A stretch of 50,156 nt of DNA, counting the filler, from Circinaria calcarea (taxonomy: Eukaryota), in NCBI GenBank assembly GCA_051942165.1. It is 2 parts of 2 records of this genome, joined end to end, with 100 filler letters (N's around TTAATTAATTAA, not from the genome) between each part and the next. Parts side by side here need not be neighbours in the genome. Positions count along the whole stretch, not along the records: positions 1 to 25,074 come from JAVECS010000098.1; 1 more part is not named here. The stretch is one strand, 5' to 3'. Position 1 is the stretch's first letter. Every line of letters starts with the position of its first letter. This document shows positions 1 to 11,420 of the stretch, in pieces. The position numbers and the translations under genes are program-made. The notes beneath the pieces are model-generated. The model did no database searches, had not been told where the DNA came from, and was given only the letters and a program-made list of their open reading frames with translations.

Positions 1-1853
1 AGACACGAGATCGACCGAGCTCATGCTAAAGGCATCTGGCTTGATATTGGGGTATCCGGTATCCGAAATCTACGACGGATTTACAAAGGACGATGGCTCC
101 TTTGGATTTGTCTCGCTTTGAGCTCAATTCCACTCCATTTACTGTAATGTTATTCTATCTTCGAGCTATGTGTTCTTCCTGATCTGACTATGCTGCAGAT
201 ATAACTCCGTAATCTTTACATCTTTATCTGCGAACAATTACATAGCTGTGTTAGTGGCGCAAGATTTCCTTAGTGGAGGGCCTTGGACCACAAAGCATGA
301 CCTTCTCGGCGAGGATGTTGCGGTAGTTGGGAATCTCCAAAGGAACATATCATCCCTCAAAAGACTCGATAATACGGAGTGTAAACAAACTTACGGAACG
401 AGCTTCATTTCAACCTATCGGAATCTACTACTGGTGTCCGAAGCGTACAACAACACTGACTCTGTTATAGATATTTACGAGGCCTATGGAATCTACAACA
501 ATAACAATTATCTATGCAGTGGATCGGGGGATTGTGATATCAGCAAGGCGGTACAGGACGCAGCTACCTGGACCATCAAATCATGTTCTCCGAATTCGAA
601 TCGGCAAGGTAGCCGCGAGACATGTACCCCTTTTAATGTTGACTACTGTTTGGCCGAGGCTTCTTCTCCTATTTGTACCGTCAGTTTGAGTCGCCCTCTG
701 CTGGTCGTAGTCATTGTTTGCAATGCCATAAAACTAATATGTCTCGCTTCAACCCTGGCGTTGACATCCTTTGAACCTCTGATTACTGTTGGCGATGCTA
801 TCGCCTCATTCATCAGCGATCCAGATCCGACAACAGTCAACCAGGGTACGCTATCTGCGATGGAAGTCCGCAAAGGAAAGTGGAATCGCTCGAAAGGCCG
901 AAAAATACCAGATGCAACTAATCCAGTAGCATTATCGGAACAACGGACCCGAAGATCCGAGTATTGGTTCAAATCAGCAAGTACCAGGCGGTGGATAATC
1001 TGCAGCCTTTGGTACCTCCCCATGCGTACACATATCCTGATCGAGGGCTCATGCTGACAGATCCTCAAGTTGCTTCGGAGTCTGGACGGCCCCACTGGTC
1101 CTCCTCGGTCTGAACAATACCAACGGAAAGCCCATGGCCCTCTCCGAGCTCTGGGCCCAAGGCTTCGGCACCGTCAGCACCGGTTTTATCATCACCGCGA
1201 CCATCGCCTTACCTCTAACCGCGAATGTCATCGTCGCCAACACCCCTCAGCTCCTCATCTCCTTTGTGGCCGTCTTCTACAACGGCCTTCTCACCTGCAT
1301 GCTCCTCTCGTCCGAAGCCAACGACTTTGCCCGACGCCGGAAGACGTTACGGGTATCGCGGCCCCGTGGGCCCCAGAGGTCGACGTACTGGCTCCAACTT
1401 CCCTACCGCTACGCCGTCCCTTTGCTCGTCGCCATGGGCGCTCTGCACTGGCTGGTCTCCCAGAGCATCTTCCTTGCCCGGGTCAACATCTACGACAAAT
1501 ACGGCCATCTCGCGCCAACCGCCACGTCTAACGCGTACCTGAAACCGCAAAACTCCCTCAGCAGCTGTGGGTGGTCACCCAAGGCCATCATTTTCGCCCT
1601 CATCCTCGGCGGCGCCATTATCCTGACGCTGTACTTATTGGGCTTCCGGAAATATGATGCCGGGATGCCGGTTGTTGGCAGCTGCAGTGCCGCAATAAGC
1701 GCGGCGTGTCATCGTCTCGATGAAGGGCCGGAGGTGGCGGAGTTACCGCTCAAGTATGGCGTCTTGGGCGCGGGAAGTGATAGCGTGGACAGGGCTGGTT
1801 TCGCTGCCGGGGAGGTACGGAGACTGGCAGCAGGTAAAAATGGGTTGGACTGA
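1..1853 (+). CDS. DUF6536-like multi-pass membrane protein, 5'-truncated by the window edge; introns 144-198 and 1012-1069
   Basis: Splicing GTAATG...GCAG (144-198) restores SSIPLHLLYNSVIF. Splicing GTACCT...AAG (1012-1069) joins ORF 248-1057 in frame to ORF 1134-1853. Motifs PLITVGDAIASF, ANTPQL, QRSTYWLQLPYRY, LHWLVSQSIF and GSCSAAISAACH are typical of this fungal family. Confidence 0.8.
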
Positions 1854-1967
1854 AAGTAGCAGAAAGGGTGAGAGGTCTGTGCTGGGAAGATGAGCAGAGA
1901 AATGGCGGCCTCATCCTGCAACCCTTCTTCTCACAGCAAGATTCAACTGGTAAAATGAATATGCTAA

Positions 1968-2107
1968 TTTTAGGTATCTGGGGATTCTCGTAGACTAGCT
2001 ATCAAACGCTCAAGCCATCTTTGGCGGTCTGCCCCTATGCATCCTCAGCTCTTCGGCGCTAGTCCTAGGCCCGGGATTTCTTTGGTTCCTCGCACCGACG
2101 GTCTTAT
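1968..2107 (+). repeat. Direct repeat, copy 1 (140 bp) of the sequence at 17381-17521
   Basis: Manual alignment TTTTAGGTATCT...GACGGTCTTAT: 7 substitutions plus one 1-nt indel relative to copy 2. Confidence 0.97.
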
Positions 2108-2383
2108 TACTTTGGATCGACCAGGCTCTGACACCAGCCAGGATGCCAGGGAAGGCAGATGAGTTGAGATATTTCTAAATCGGGCTTAGTACATGTTGTG
2201 CACGTCGAGTTAACAGCCCGCGAAGCAGCATATTTCCTGGGTTTCGTCGCTGGTGATTTCAAAGACTATAAGCCCTGAATTACTGAAGAATCCTATCGAC
2301 TTTTAGCTGCCGCAAAGGTTGCCATGGCAGACTTAGGTGGCGAAGTGCTAAAACCAAGGGAACTACGGAAACAAGCAGAAGTA

Positions 2384-3335
2384 ATGAGTCCCTGAAGGAA
2401 GTCTCTCCATCACGGAGGCGCTCACAAACGCAACTAAATATCGAGACCAGCGACAAAGCTCCTAGCAAATCCCATCGGACGAGGAAATCATCACAGCACT
2501 CAAAGATCCATAACTCAGGTGTGCAAAATTGTTGGATTAGCTCGAGGATGAAAGTGATTGGACGTTCTCGGATAAACGATTGAAAAAGCTGATAAAGAAG
2601 CATGGGCTAAAAAGCAACGCTCAGGCCGAAATGCACTTGCAGCTCAGCAGCAGCACAGGGATAATAGCACCGTGGTGTTTCAAAATTTAATCTTATGGAC
2701 CCTACGACTATGGAGTCACTCCGATTCGAACATGGCAATCAAGATAAATGTACGTATGACTCCGTAATCCAGCATAAATCTCTTGCATATAGATGGCTGA
2801 CGTAAAAAACTATGCTATAACTTAGATCGCTCATGACAGACTATTCAAACCGGCCGTCCAAGCACCGAATCGAGGAAGCAATCTCGTGCTCAATCATTGG
2901 CTTATGCAGACATTATGGGACCACCATTGGGCAGCTGTGATTAAAGCTGGTGCAAATAAAGAGGATATGGGCCGCCAATTGCAAGCAGAGTAACTGAGAA
3001 TCCTCTTATTTTATTCAATCCTTGAAGCATGCAGCCTGACTTCCCGATACAGGTACGGCGTCAACCCCATCCCCTATCTTCCACCTCCTTCGACCGAAGC
3101 CGAAGTAGAGACAAGAGCAGCCGCTTTCAAGAAAGATGGTATGAAGATGAATCGTGAGATATCCTAAACGAGAGAGGGAAGGCAGTACGTTCCGGTCCAC
3201 GAAAATGGTGAAACCATCTAGCAACTAGAGAGACATGGTTAGTTCGTGATCAAGGTGACAAAGATCGACAAGGGGATCGGATTGCAAGAGTTTTGGGATG
3301 TTTCAAAATCTCGATGCCATCAGACGCTTGAGTGA
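2384..3335 (+). pseudogene. Decayed gene for a fungal hypothetical protein, with multiple nonsense and frameshift lesions (boundaries approximate)
   Basis: Protein-like translated segments interrupted by stops: PSDEEIITALKDP*LRCAKLLD*LEDESDWTFSDKRLKKLIKKHGL, CFKI*SYGPYDYGVTP, LWDHHWAAVIKAGANKEDMGRQLQAE/YGVNPIPYLPPP and ETI*QLERHG*FVIKVTKIDKG. Intron-like GTACGT...TAG and GTAACT...CAG segments lie between them. Confidence 0.6.
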
Positions 3336-4274
3336 GAGAGAGTGGTCAATAGTGATGACTGGCAGAAAAGATATCAGAGAGATGAGCGGACACGGTTCAG
3401 TCTCAGTTATGAGTACTTCACCAAAAGGGATCTAAGGCAGCGGTGGAAGACAATCCCCTTACTGCCTAAGCATTGTTCGGAGCATTTAACTTCCCTAGAG
3501 CGGATCGACGGAAGCCCGCAGGCCAACGCCTAGGGAGCATGTCATGGAAGATGCATCCGAAGCCCGGAAAAGAGCGGATGAATCTCATCAGCCATCATCT
3601 TTGAAGGCTCGTTACCTCACCTGGGATGTTCGAATAAGAAACAATATTTCTTGATAGAGGATATTGCATTGTACACTTGTTACGGTATCATCTTGGATAT
3701 TACCTTGGAGCCATCGGCTGATTCCGATAATGTCTTGCGACATTCTCTCTGGTACCCTTCTTAATGATAGCGTAGAGAATAAACCGCTCAAGCTATTCGC
3801 CCCAGAGAAGGTTGTTTCCATTCGATAAAGCCTCGCCAGCAAATGACAGTACACTATTAACGGTAATGCCTTCTTGATAACCTGTTACAATGAGTTTAGT
3901 CACTTGAACCTGATGGAAGAATGAAAGAACAAGTATGTCCTTAAATGGCTACCTTACTTGACTTGAACTACTTCTTACGATTACCTACTTGTGATTCCCA
4001 TCTGCAATGTTGTCGACTATCCGCAGTAGTCTTTATTTGTTGATAGTATGTCTTGACTGATGTGTATCCCTTGCAGTAATTGTGCTAAAGACCCTAGGCC
4101 GCTTGCCTATTTCATCCTGTTTTCAAACGGCGCAGAGAACTTATGCTTTTAGAAAGTAATTCGTTAAAGGATTTATACTTGTATTGAAGTTAACAGGACT
4201 GAATTCTCTAAGGCGTGGTGTGGAAAGTTAGGCTGCATAAAGACATAGAAGCTGACCGCGATCTTACAGGCCAG

Positions 4275-5415
4275 CTATGCTGCAGGCTTCTGGCCGATTG
4301 TGATGACCCGCTGCAGATTGAATGCAGTGTTCTGGCGATTCTTGCCCACTTCCTCGATCAATCCCCGGGCCACATCCCCTTGCCCGCCCCCTAACCGATC
4401 CAAAACATTGACACTGATTTCTTGGCTTGCCATCATCCAAGTATCTAGCAGCAATGTCACAATTTCTTGGGAAAACTTATGGCGATCCACCACAACATTC
4501 TCGAACCCGTTCTCTTTGAATGTCTCCGGAAGGCGGGTAATCCAGCTAGATGAGAGAGCGTGATTAGCGTAAATATGGATTACGTGGGAGAAAAGAAAGA
4601 GGGCATTTCAAATCAAAGAAAGACCAACCCGCTACTGATGAAGCTTGGGCCTGGCTTCGTTTTGCCTAGTGTAGAGGTGTACTCTCGAAGCTCATTCAAC
4701 TCCTCGTTGGCATGGGAGCTGGCGGAAGGAACTCTGATAATCTCCCATGTATTCACGTCCCATTCTCCCCAGGATATATAGCCTCCTGGCTCTGCCAGTT
4801 ATTGTTAATCAAGTAATTCCCATCAGGATCTTTTTGTTCCATGCATGATCCATTGATTGTAAACTCACTCAGCATTTTCATCAAGTTGCGCAGCATAGGC
4901 ACTGGATTTCCATCTCTTAAGATTGTGATGAACAGCTGCACATGAATGATATCATACTTCTCGAGCAGCTCAGAGGGGGGTTCTGAGAGGACATCGTGCG
5001 TGACCCAAGAGATGTTCGACGGAAGCCATTCCTTCGGCGGGCACTGCCCGAAGTTGATGTCCAAGCCGTCAAGTTGAGCGGAAGGGGGCAGGTTACGAGC
5101 AAGCTCGATAAGCCAGATGCTGCAATAGCGAGAATGGTTGTCAGTCGCTACTTTGGTATTCCAAGTTGAAGGAATGCAAGAAGGATCACCCGGTTCCAAC
5201 CCCTATCTCTGCGATTTTCAGATCTTCCTTTTCTGTAGGAATACTTGGATGAAGGAGGTAATTGAGGCCATCTTTCCATAAATAGTGTTGCAGAGTTGAC
5301 CTGTGGGATAACTCATAAGCTTGAGCAGAGCAGAGTATGTAGATCAAAAAGGCACCAACCTGGTATTGGCGGCAAATCCGCGAGATAACATATAGCTATT
5401 TGGATTACTGTCCAT
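4275..5415 (-). CDS. Class I SAM-dependent methyltransferase, GliN/SirN-like (paralog 1), 5 exons
   Basis: ATG at 5415. Spliced product: MDSNPNSYMLSRGFAANTR|STLQHYLWKDGLNYLLHPSIP...KIAEIGVGTG|IWLIELA...LDGLDI...YDIIHV...ML|KPGGYISWGE...TIGQKPAA*. It has SAM-binding motif I and the LKPGG motif, with canonical GT-AG introns. Confidence 0.88.
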
Positions 5416-6223
5416 TTTATTATGACATCAGAAGGATACCTTAAGGGGAAAAGAGAAGGAGAAGAAAAGGAAAGCCCTCGGGGGGAGGTAAAAGGTACCA
5501 TGTCATCGGACATATTCTATTGGTTCGAGAAAACCCCCCTTGGCCGACGTTTACAACATGCTGAGACAGGAAGAAGAATACCGGAATTATATTATAATAC
5601 ACGCACCTTACACAACAAAACGCTCCATACCGAAGGGGGGTTGGAGAGGATGTACGTTATGATGGTCAGCCCCCAGATGCCGGGTCCCTCGCCAATCGAA
5701 GCAGACACCAAAAGTCCGAGCACCTCAATACAACATCAGCCAATAACGGTTTCATAAACCCCTGTTGTCCCACTCTGGCACCCATCCTCGGGCCGCGCGG
5801 ATTTTCAATGCTTAATTACGGCTCAGCTACACAGCGTGACATCGATCGAAGCCCTCCGAGCACCCTTATCAGCTATTAGCTCCACGCTAAAGCCACTAAA
5901 CATTATGATTAACTGACTCATCTAACTGGTGGAGAACGAGGCTTTAGCTATATAAGGCATTGATCTACTGTGTCGCGCTAACAGCCGATTCCCCTACGAC
6001 CACAGTAGACACGGCATCTCGGAAGTGGTACCATAACACTGCAAATACCGGAGAGCGAAAATACCCGAGTCACCCCCACCATTTCCCTGCATATTGTTTC
6101 AAATGATTTGTATACTAGTCAAGGATCATTGATAGCACTAATGGACTATTATATTTTTATTTAAGGCACATGTTGAGTTCTCAAAGCGGCACCTAACGAG
6201 GGTGAAAGGCACCCTAAATTGAT

Positions 6224-7079
6224 CTAGAATACTTCCCCCGCCGCCCTTCTTAGTACATCCGCCAGCCACTGCGGACGGCTGATCATAAGGCAATGTCCAG
6301 CGTCGCATTTCTCCACAACATCAAACGCACTTGGTTCCAGCTGCCTTGCTGTGTTGATAATCATCTCAACAACCTGGGGTGTAAATGTCGTCTTATCTCG
6401 CTCGCCAATGACGTACGTGGATGGGATATCGCGCCAGGCAGCGTACGTTGTCGTGCTGGAGTAGACTCCGATGCTCTGGTGTGTGAGCTTGGAGGCCCAC
6501 TCATCTCCTTCGTCGGAGGAGAGGTCGTTGTAGAATACTTTCTTCGCATCTTCGGGATCAACATTGACAACCCCTTTCTGGATAGATCGAATGAAAGTCT
6601 TAGTAAACCAGTGACTGGATAAAAGGAGAGAGAGGGAAGGGGATAGCTGATGGGTGATATCTAACCTCAAGGTCCACCTTCATCCAGTCTGGCATCTGGG
6701 CTCCACCGGCAGTCGGTTGGAAACCCTCGGGCATGGCGAATGCCATGATAAACACCAGTCTCACAACCCCACCTTTGAGGCCCTGTTCTTCGCGCTCCTT
6801 CTTGCCAAGCCCCTTTGGTGCCTCGGCTCCAGGCATGCCGGTATATGAATGTACAACAAGGACTACTTCTTTCTCCTCTGAAACAATGAGCTTAGTGAGA
6901 CAATTGCGGATACCATTCACATCTTCAGTGAAGTCCATATTGGCCGGTATAGCGCCAGCAGAGGGAAGTGGTAGGCCAACCGTGGGGTAGCCATGGGCAG
7001 AAAGAGAATCGATAACGCCAGCGTAAATGTCGGGTTTGTGCCAGGCTCCAGGAACGAGGACGATGGTCGGTTTAGCCAT
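6224..7079 (-). CDS. Alpha/beta hydrolase (Abhydrolase_6; methylesterase/SABP2-like), intron 6578-6665
   Basis: N-terminal VLVPGAWH, nucleophile elbow VHSYTG, IPSTYV..ERD and catalytic His in DAGHCLMISRP. The GT-AG intron joins ORFs 6600-7079 and 6224-6670 in frame. Confidence 0.88.
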
Positions 7080-7593
7080 GCTGAGAGATTTCAGTGGCCG
7101 ATAGGGATGTTAGCCTAAGTATAAATGCGAGAGTAAGGTTCTCAAAAAGGGGAAATTATGAATGACGAACAGACAAAGAGGAGAGCTGAGAGGAGAGCTG
7201 AGGCTTATAAATGGAAGAGCAATAGCGGGGCATACCTTTGTATGCAACCATAAGGTAAGGATTTATAGTGGCTTGGTGGCTAGCGATGTCTGTTCTCGGG
7301 AGTGTCAACCATTTAACTTACAGTTTGGCATATGGAGAAGGGAAAGATCCCGCTGCTTTTAGTCGTATATCAAAAGAGGACTTTATGTATACATTGTCTC
7401 AAAGCGGCATTAAAGCAGACATTTGGTCAATTGCAAATTAAGGTTTTTTTGGTGAAGTAATATCCTGGTGTAGACGCGAACCTTAGGCATGTAAGTCTAC
7501 TCGTGTAATAATTTCTATAGCATTTGTACAAGACAATAAGTGAGCTCTCTAGGGCTTAGGCTTTCAAAGTCGGATAAACTCCTATCCACTGCC

Positions 7594-8855
7594 TTACTTT
7601 TTATTTATCGAATTTGTGTCCTTGTCCGAAGCCGTATCGTATCCTAAACCGCTAGTATGACTTTGTGTGGCAATTACATCCGTGAGAGGGTACGGGTCAC
7701 CAGGGAGGCGACGGAATTTGTCGGATTTGGAGTCGCCAGATCGCTTATTTGATCGAGTCAACCAAAGTCTCTTCAACGACGAGTCACCACCCGATTTCCA
7801 ATTCTTGGACCAAGTGAAAATCATGCTGCCGGAGAACTTGGATATCACTGGCTGTAAGATTGGCAGACAGGCGTTTATGACACCAAGCGTTGGCTCGAGA
7901 GAGGTACAGATGTTATCAAGAACGACACTGTATGTGATGTCCTGAAAATTCAGCCTCTGGATTGCAATAACTCGAATGATCGATATAATACAGATACTAC
8001 CAATTGCGATTAGTACATAAACATCTAGGAAGTGGTGCATATAGACTCACATAGCGCCGAGACTGAAGATTGCTGTCAATGAGACCTTTTTCGAGGTTTT
8101 CATCTGAAGACTCCATACTACTGGAAGGGGGAGAGCGACAATAGCCACGTCGATGATCAGGTTAACGATGCCTGTCGACAAATAATATGCTGGCAAATCT
8201 CCACAATGGCCCGATACTGTAATCTTGTTCCAATTGTATTCGAAAGGACGGCATATCAATAAGGCAGTTAGAACAGTAGACAGCCAGTAGGCTATTGTCA
8301 CTGCCCCCAAGGCGTATGCTGCATAGATCATCCTGGGGTTGCGGAAGATCTTACTATAGAAATGTAGGACCGAGACTTTTACGAGTGTGTTGGCAGTTGG
8401 CCATAGCAGCGTTGCGGCCACGGTACTCTGAGGTTGTCAGCTTGTGCTCTTATGCTAGCACCATGTCTTTGCAGATATACTTTGGCGAAAACAGTAAGCT
8501 CCTCAGAACTCAGCGCAATGATGTGCTGTGCGTAGCCTCCCTTGATACTGGCTGTTACACCTGTTATTCCATGCTCATGGAGAACGCTAAGGGAGCGTAC
8601 ATATGACGGAATTGACGTTGAATCCCAACGTGAAAATCTTGGGATAAGCTTAGTACGAGCCCATGCATGAGGATCTGGAAGGCTAAATACCGATGCTACG
8701 AATATCGCATAGTCATTGAAACACAAAGGGGTTCTTTTGAGCCTTCTTGCCCATATTCTGAGAGCGACGAAGACCAACGGCAAAACCGAGAACAATACAG
8801 TGGCACCTAGCACAGCTCTTGCCCGACCTTGGTGAGGACCGGAGAGAGGTGCCAT
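7594..8855 (-). CDS. PTH11-like (fungal rhodopsin-domain) 7-TM integral membrane protein, multi-exon
   Basis: ATG at 8855 (MAPLSGPHQGRAR). Family motifs: FVALRIWARR..NDY, KVSVLHFYSKIF, ICRPFEYNWNK..GHC, NLIIDVAIVALPLPVVWSLQM..KK and LEPTLGVINACLP. No CFEM domain is seen. Confidence 0.85.
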
Positions 8856-9600
8856 GCTGGAGTGAATAAGTAAAAGTAAACGGGAGAGGTTTAATTGAAA
8901 TCTGTTGTAGCTGAACAAAAATGGATTGAGTGTAAAGGTGAAAATAAACTGCGTTACCAACATTGGCCATTCCCCGAAATTTGATGCCGGTGCTGACTTC
9001 CGCGCAGGATCATCACACCATCTTTATTAAACCAGTAACATAAAACGCCCTGAAAGGAGCCTGTACCATTAACCGAAGTCACTTTGCATGCATGCTATTC
9101 CACATACTGGCATAATCTCTTATGGTATGCCGCCTCGATGCAAAGATTGCCGAAGAGCATGCTGCTTTTGTAGAGTTACACGACGTAAAGCATCGGAGAT
9201 TCCCCATTAGAGAAGTGACCGGAAGTCCCCTGCATTAGCTCCCGCATGAATGGATGCCGGAAAAGCCCGTAGCCCGGTTAATCGGGGTTGCATTGCATCC
9301 GGAATCCTAACTAGAGAGCTCCACTGCAGTTAGCTCCGTTGCAACCAAAGACTTTACATGGGCTATCATTGCGCCTCCCCTCCGTTAGGGAAATGTGGAT
9401 CGGTTTACAAATCGCGCAAGCAGCTATGGCTTTGTCTATCAGCACGTGTTCAGTGTTATGTAATCATCTGGTAACGCCTTAGTACTTTGTGTGATTATTG
9501 AGACGAGGAGAAAAGAGCTTGAACTACTACATAGGAATTTCAGTACAGTCTCTTTTATTGCATCGATTGAAGCATCTCTTAGCTTTCATTTCAAGAAGTG

Positions 9601-10702
9601 ATGGTGCCAGTCTCAGCGCAAACAACGGAGAGCACTCCGGTGAAAGACAATTACATCTTATCCCGAGGGTTTGGTGCCAATACGAGGTTTGCGCTTTGTC
9701 GTTCTACTGTGGTCCGGAGTTGATGGCAAACTCTTAGGCAGAATCTCCAGCATTATCTCTGGAAAGATGGAATTGGCTATCTTCTGCATCCTAGCATCCC
9801 CATCGATGTAGAAGACCTACGAGTTGCTGAAATCGGTGTCGGCACTGGGTATACTGTCTTCATACTATCTCAAGCGGACGGAGGTTAATAACATTTATAG
9901 CATATGGCTTGTCGAACTTTCCCGCATCCTAAGACCTTCTGCGCGACTGGACGGATTCGATATCAGTCATGCGCAATGCCCTCCTATCGAATTTATCCCG
10001 TCAAATATCTCCCTGCATATCCACGACTGTCTCGCAGAGCCTCCCAACGATTTGCTCGAACAGTACGATATCATCCATATTCAATGCTTTAACTCTGTCG
10101 TTCCGGACAACGATCCTATCCCAGTTGTCCGCAACATGCTGAAAATGCTCAGTTAGTGTTGTCGCATATCCAAATGTGGTGCCTTTCTGGCTAACAATGA
10201 AATGCCAAACCCAGAACCAGGAGGATATATTTCATGGGGAGAATTCGATTTCCTTTCCTGGGAAACCATTACAACAGCCTCCGCTAGCGGCTATAACGAT
10301 GAGCTCAACACTCTTCTAGAATATAACGCGACTTTCGGCGGCACGCGGCCAAAGCCCAATTTCCTTGCTCACAAGTAAGTCTCAGTTCCCTTCGGGCCCT
10401 TAGGGATACATAGATACCCACAGATATGTAGCTGGACCGCGAAATTGCCTCAAACCTTTTCGGATTTCGGCATGACGAATATCATCGTAGACCGACATCC
10501 GTTTTCAAAGGAGATCGCCACATATTTGTTGGATACATTCATGGTAGCAGGCCAAGAAATCAGTGCGAATGTGCTGGATTCTACTGGGGGCGGGCGGGGG
10601 GATATTGCGAGAAGGCTCATTGAGGAGGTGGGCAGGAACAGAAGAAACATTGGACTCGGCCTGGATCGGCTGACGGTCATAGGGCAAAAGCCGATAGCGT
10701 AA
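9601..10702 (+). CDS. Class I SAM-dependent methyltransferase, GliN/SirN-like (paralog 2), 5 exons
   Basis: ATG at 9601. Spliced product: MVPVSAQTTESTPVKDNYILSRGFGANTR|QNLQHYLWKDGIGYLLHPSIP...RVAEIGVGTG|IWLVELS...LDGFDIS...ML|KPGGYISWGE...TVIGQKPIA*. It has the same four intron positions as paralog 1. Confidence 0.88.
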
Positions 10703-11065
10703 AGCTAAAAATTTACTTTATTAATATTATAAAATCATCTAATTTTTCATCGGCTTGAAGTACTCCAAATACAAACACTAATACCACAAAAGTTTTAGAA
10801 GTAATTAACCTTAAAGATTTATGTCTAATAAATATAGACGGCTCATTGCTGCCGAGCTTTAGGGCGTTTCTATTTTTGGGAAAATAACATAGAGGCTAGC
10901 AAATATCTCCGCATTCGTAAATACGTTTCTCTAGGCTTGGTCCCGAAAAGTGGAAATCGGGTGTAAGACCTGATGTATACGATATAGGCTTTGCGGATGT
11001 TAGTAAAAGCATTGCCTTCAGCGTCAAAATTCTTTTCTTCAGCTTTATCTAGACTTATTCGCCCC

Positions 11066-11296
11066 CAGCGCCGCCAGTAGTCCGGACTGTGGACTGACAG
11101 TCCAGCTTAACAGTCCGAAACATGTGTGGAAATTGCAGGCAAGTAGGGCGTTGACTGGGAAATATATATGTACGTAGTAGAAGTTGGCACGTGCGTATAT
11201 GTTTCCCAGTCAACGCCTTGTTTGCCTGCAATTTCCACACATGTTTCGGACTGTTAAGCTGGACTGTCTGGACTGTCTGGACTACTGGCGGCCCTG
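11066..11296. mobile_element. Foldback MITE (~231 bp) with ~100-bp inverted arms; hAT-like CAG...CTG ends
   Basis: Left end CAGCGCCGCCAGTAGTCC and right end GGACTACTGGCGGCCCTG. Arms 11066-~11168 and ~11196-11296 are near-perfect reverse complements. Flanks TTATTCGCCCC / TGAATCGCCCC may be a degenerate TSD. Confidence 0.85.
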
Positions 11297-11420
11297 TGAA
11301 TCGCCCCTTTAAGGACATGATCATCCTTAATTATCTTCAAATCTCGAACGAGGTTTTTTACTTTGCGTTGCTAAAGGGATAGGTTACAAACGGTTAATGG
11401 ATTCTCATTGTTACGGGCTT

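Noticed and set aside
1968..2107. The duplicated 140-mer as a tRNA, 5S rRNA or snRNA gene
   Set aside because: No cloverleaf, A/B boxes or recognisable structural RNA sequence on either strand; an Rfam search would be needed to exclude this fully.
11085..11290. CRISPR-like array from the repeated GGACTG units
   Set aside because: Eukaryotic DNA; the units are short subterminal motifs of a foldback element, with no unique spacers or cas genes.
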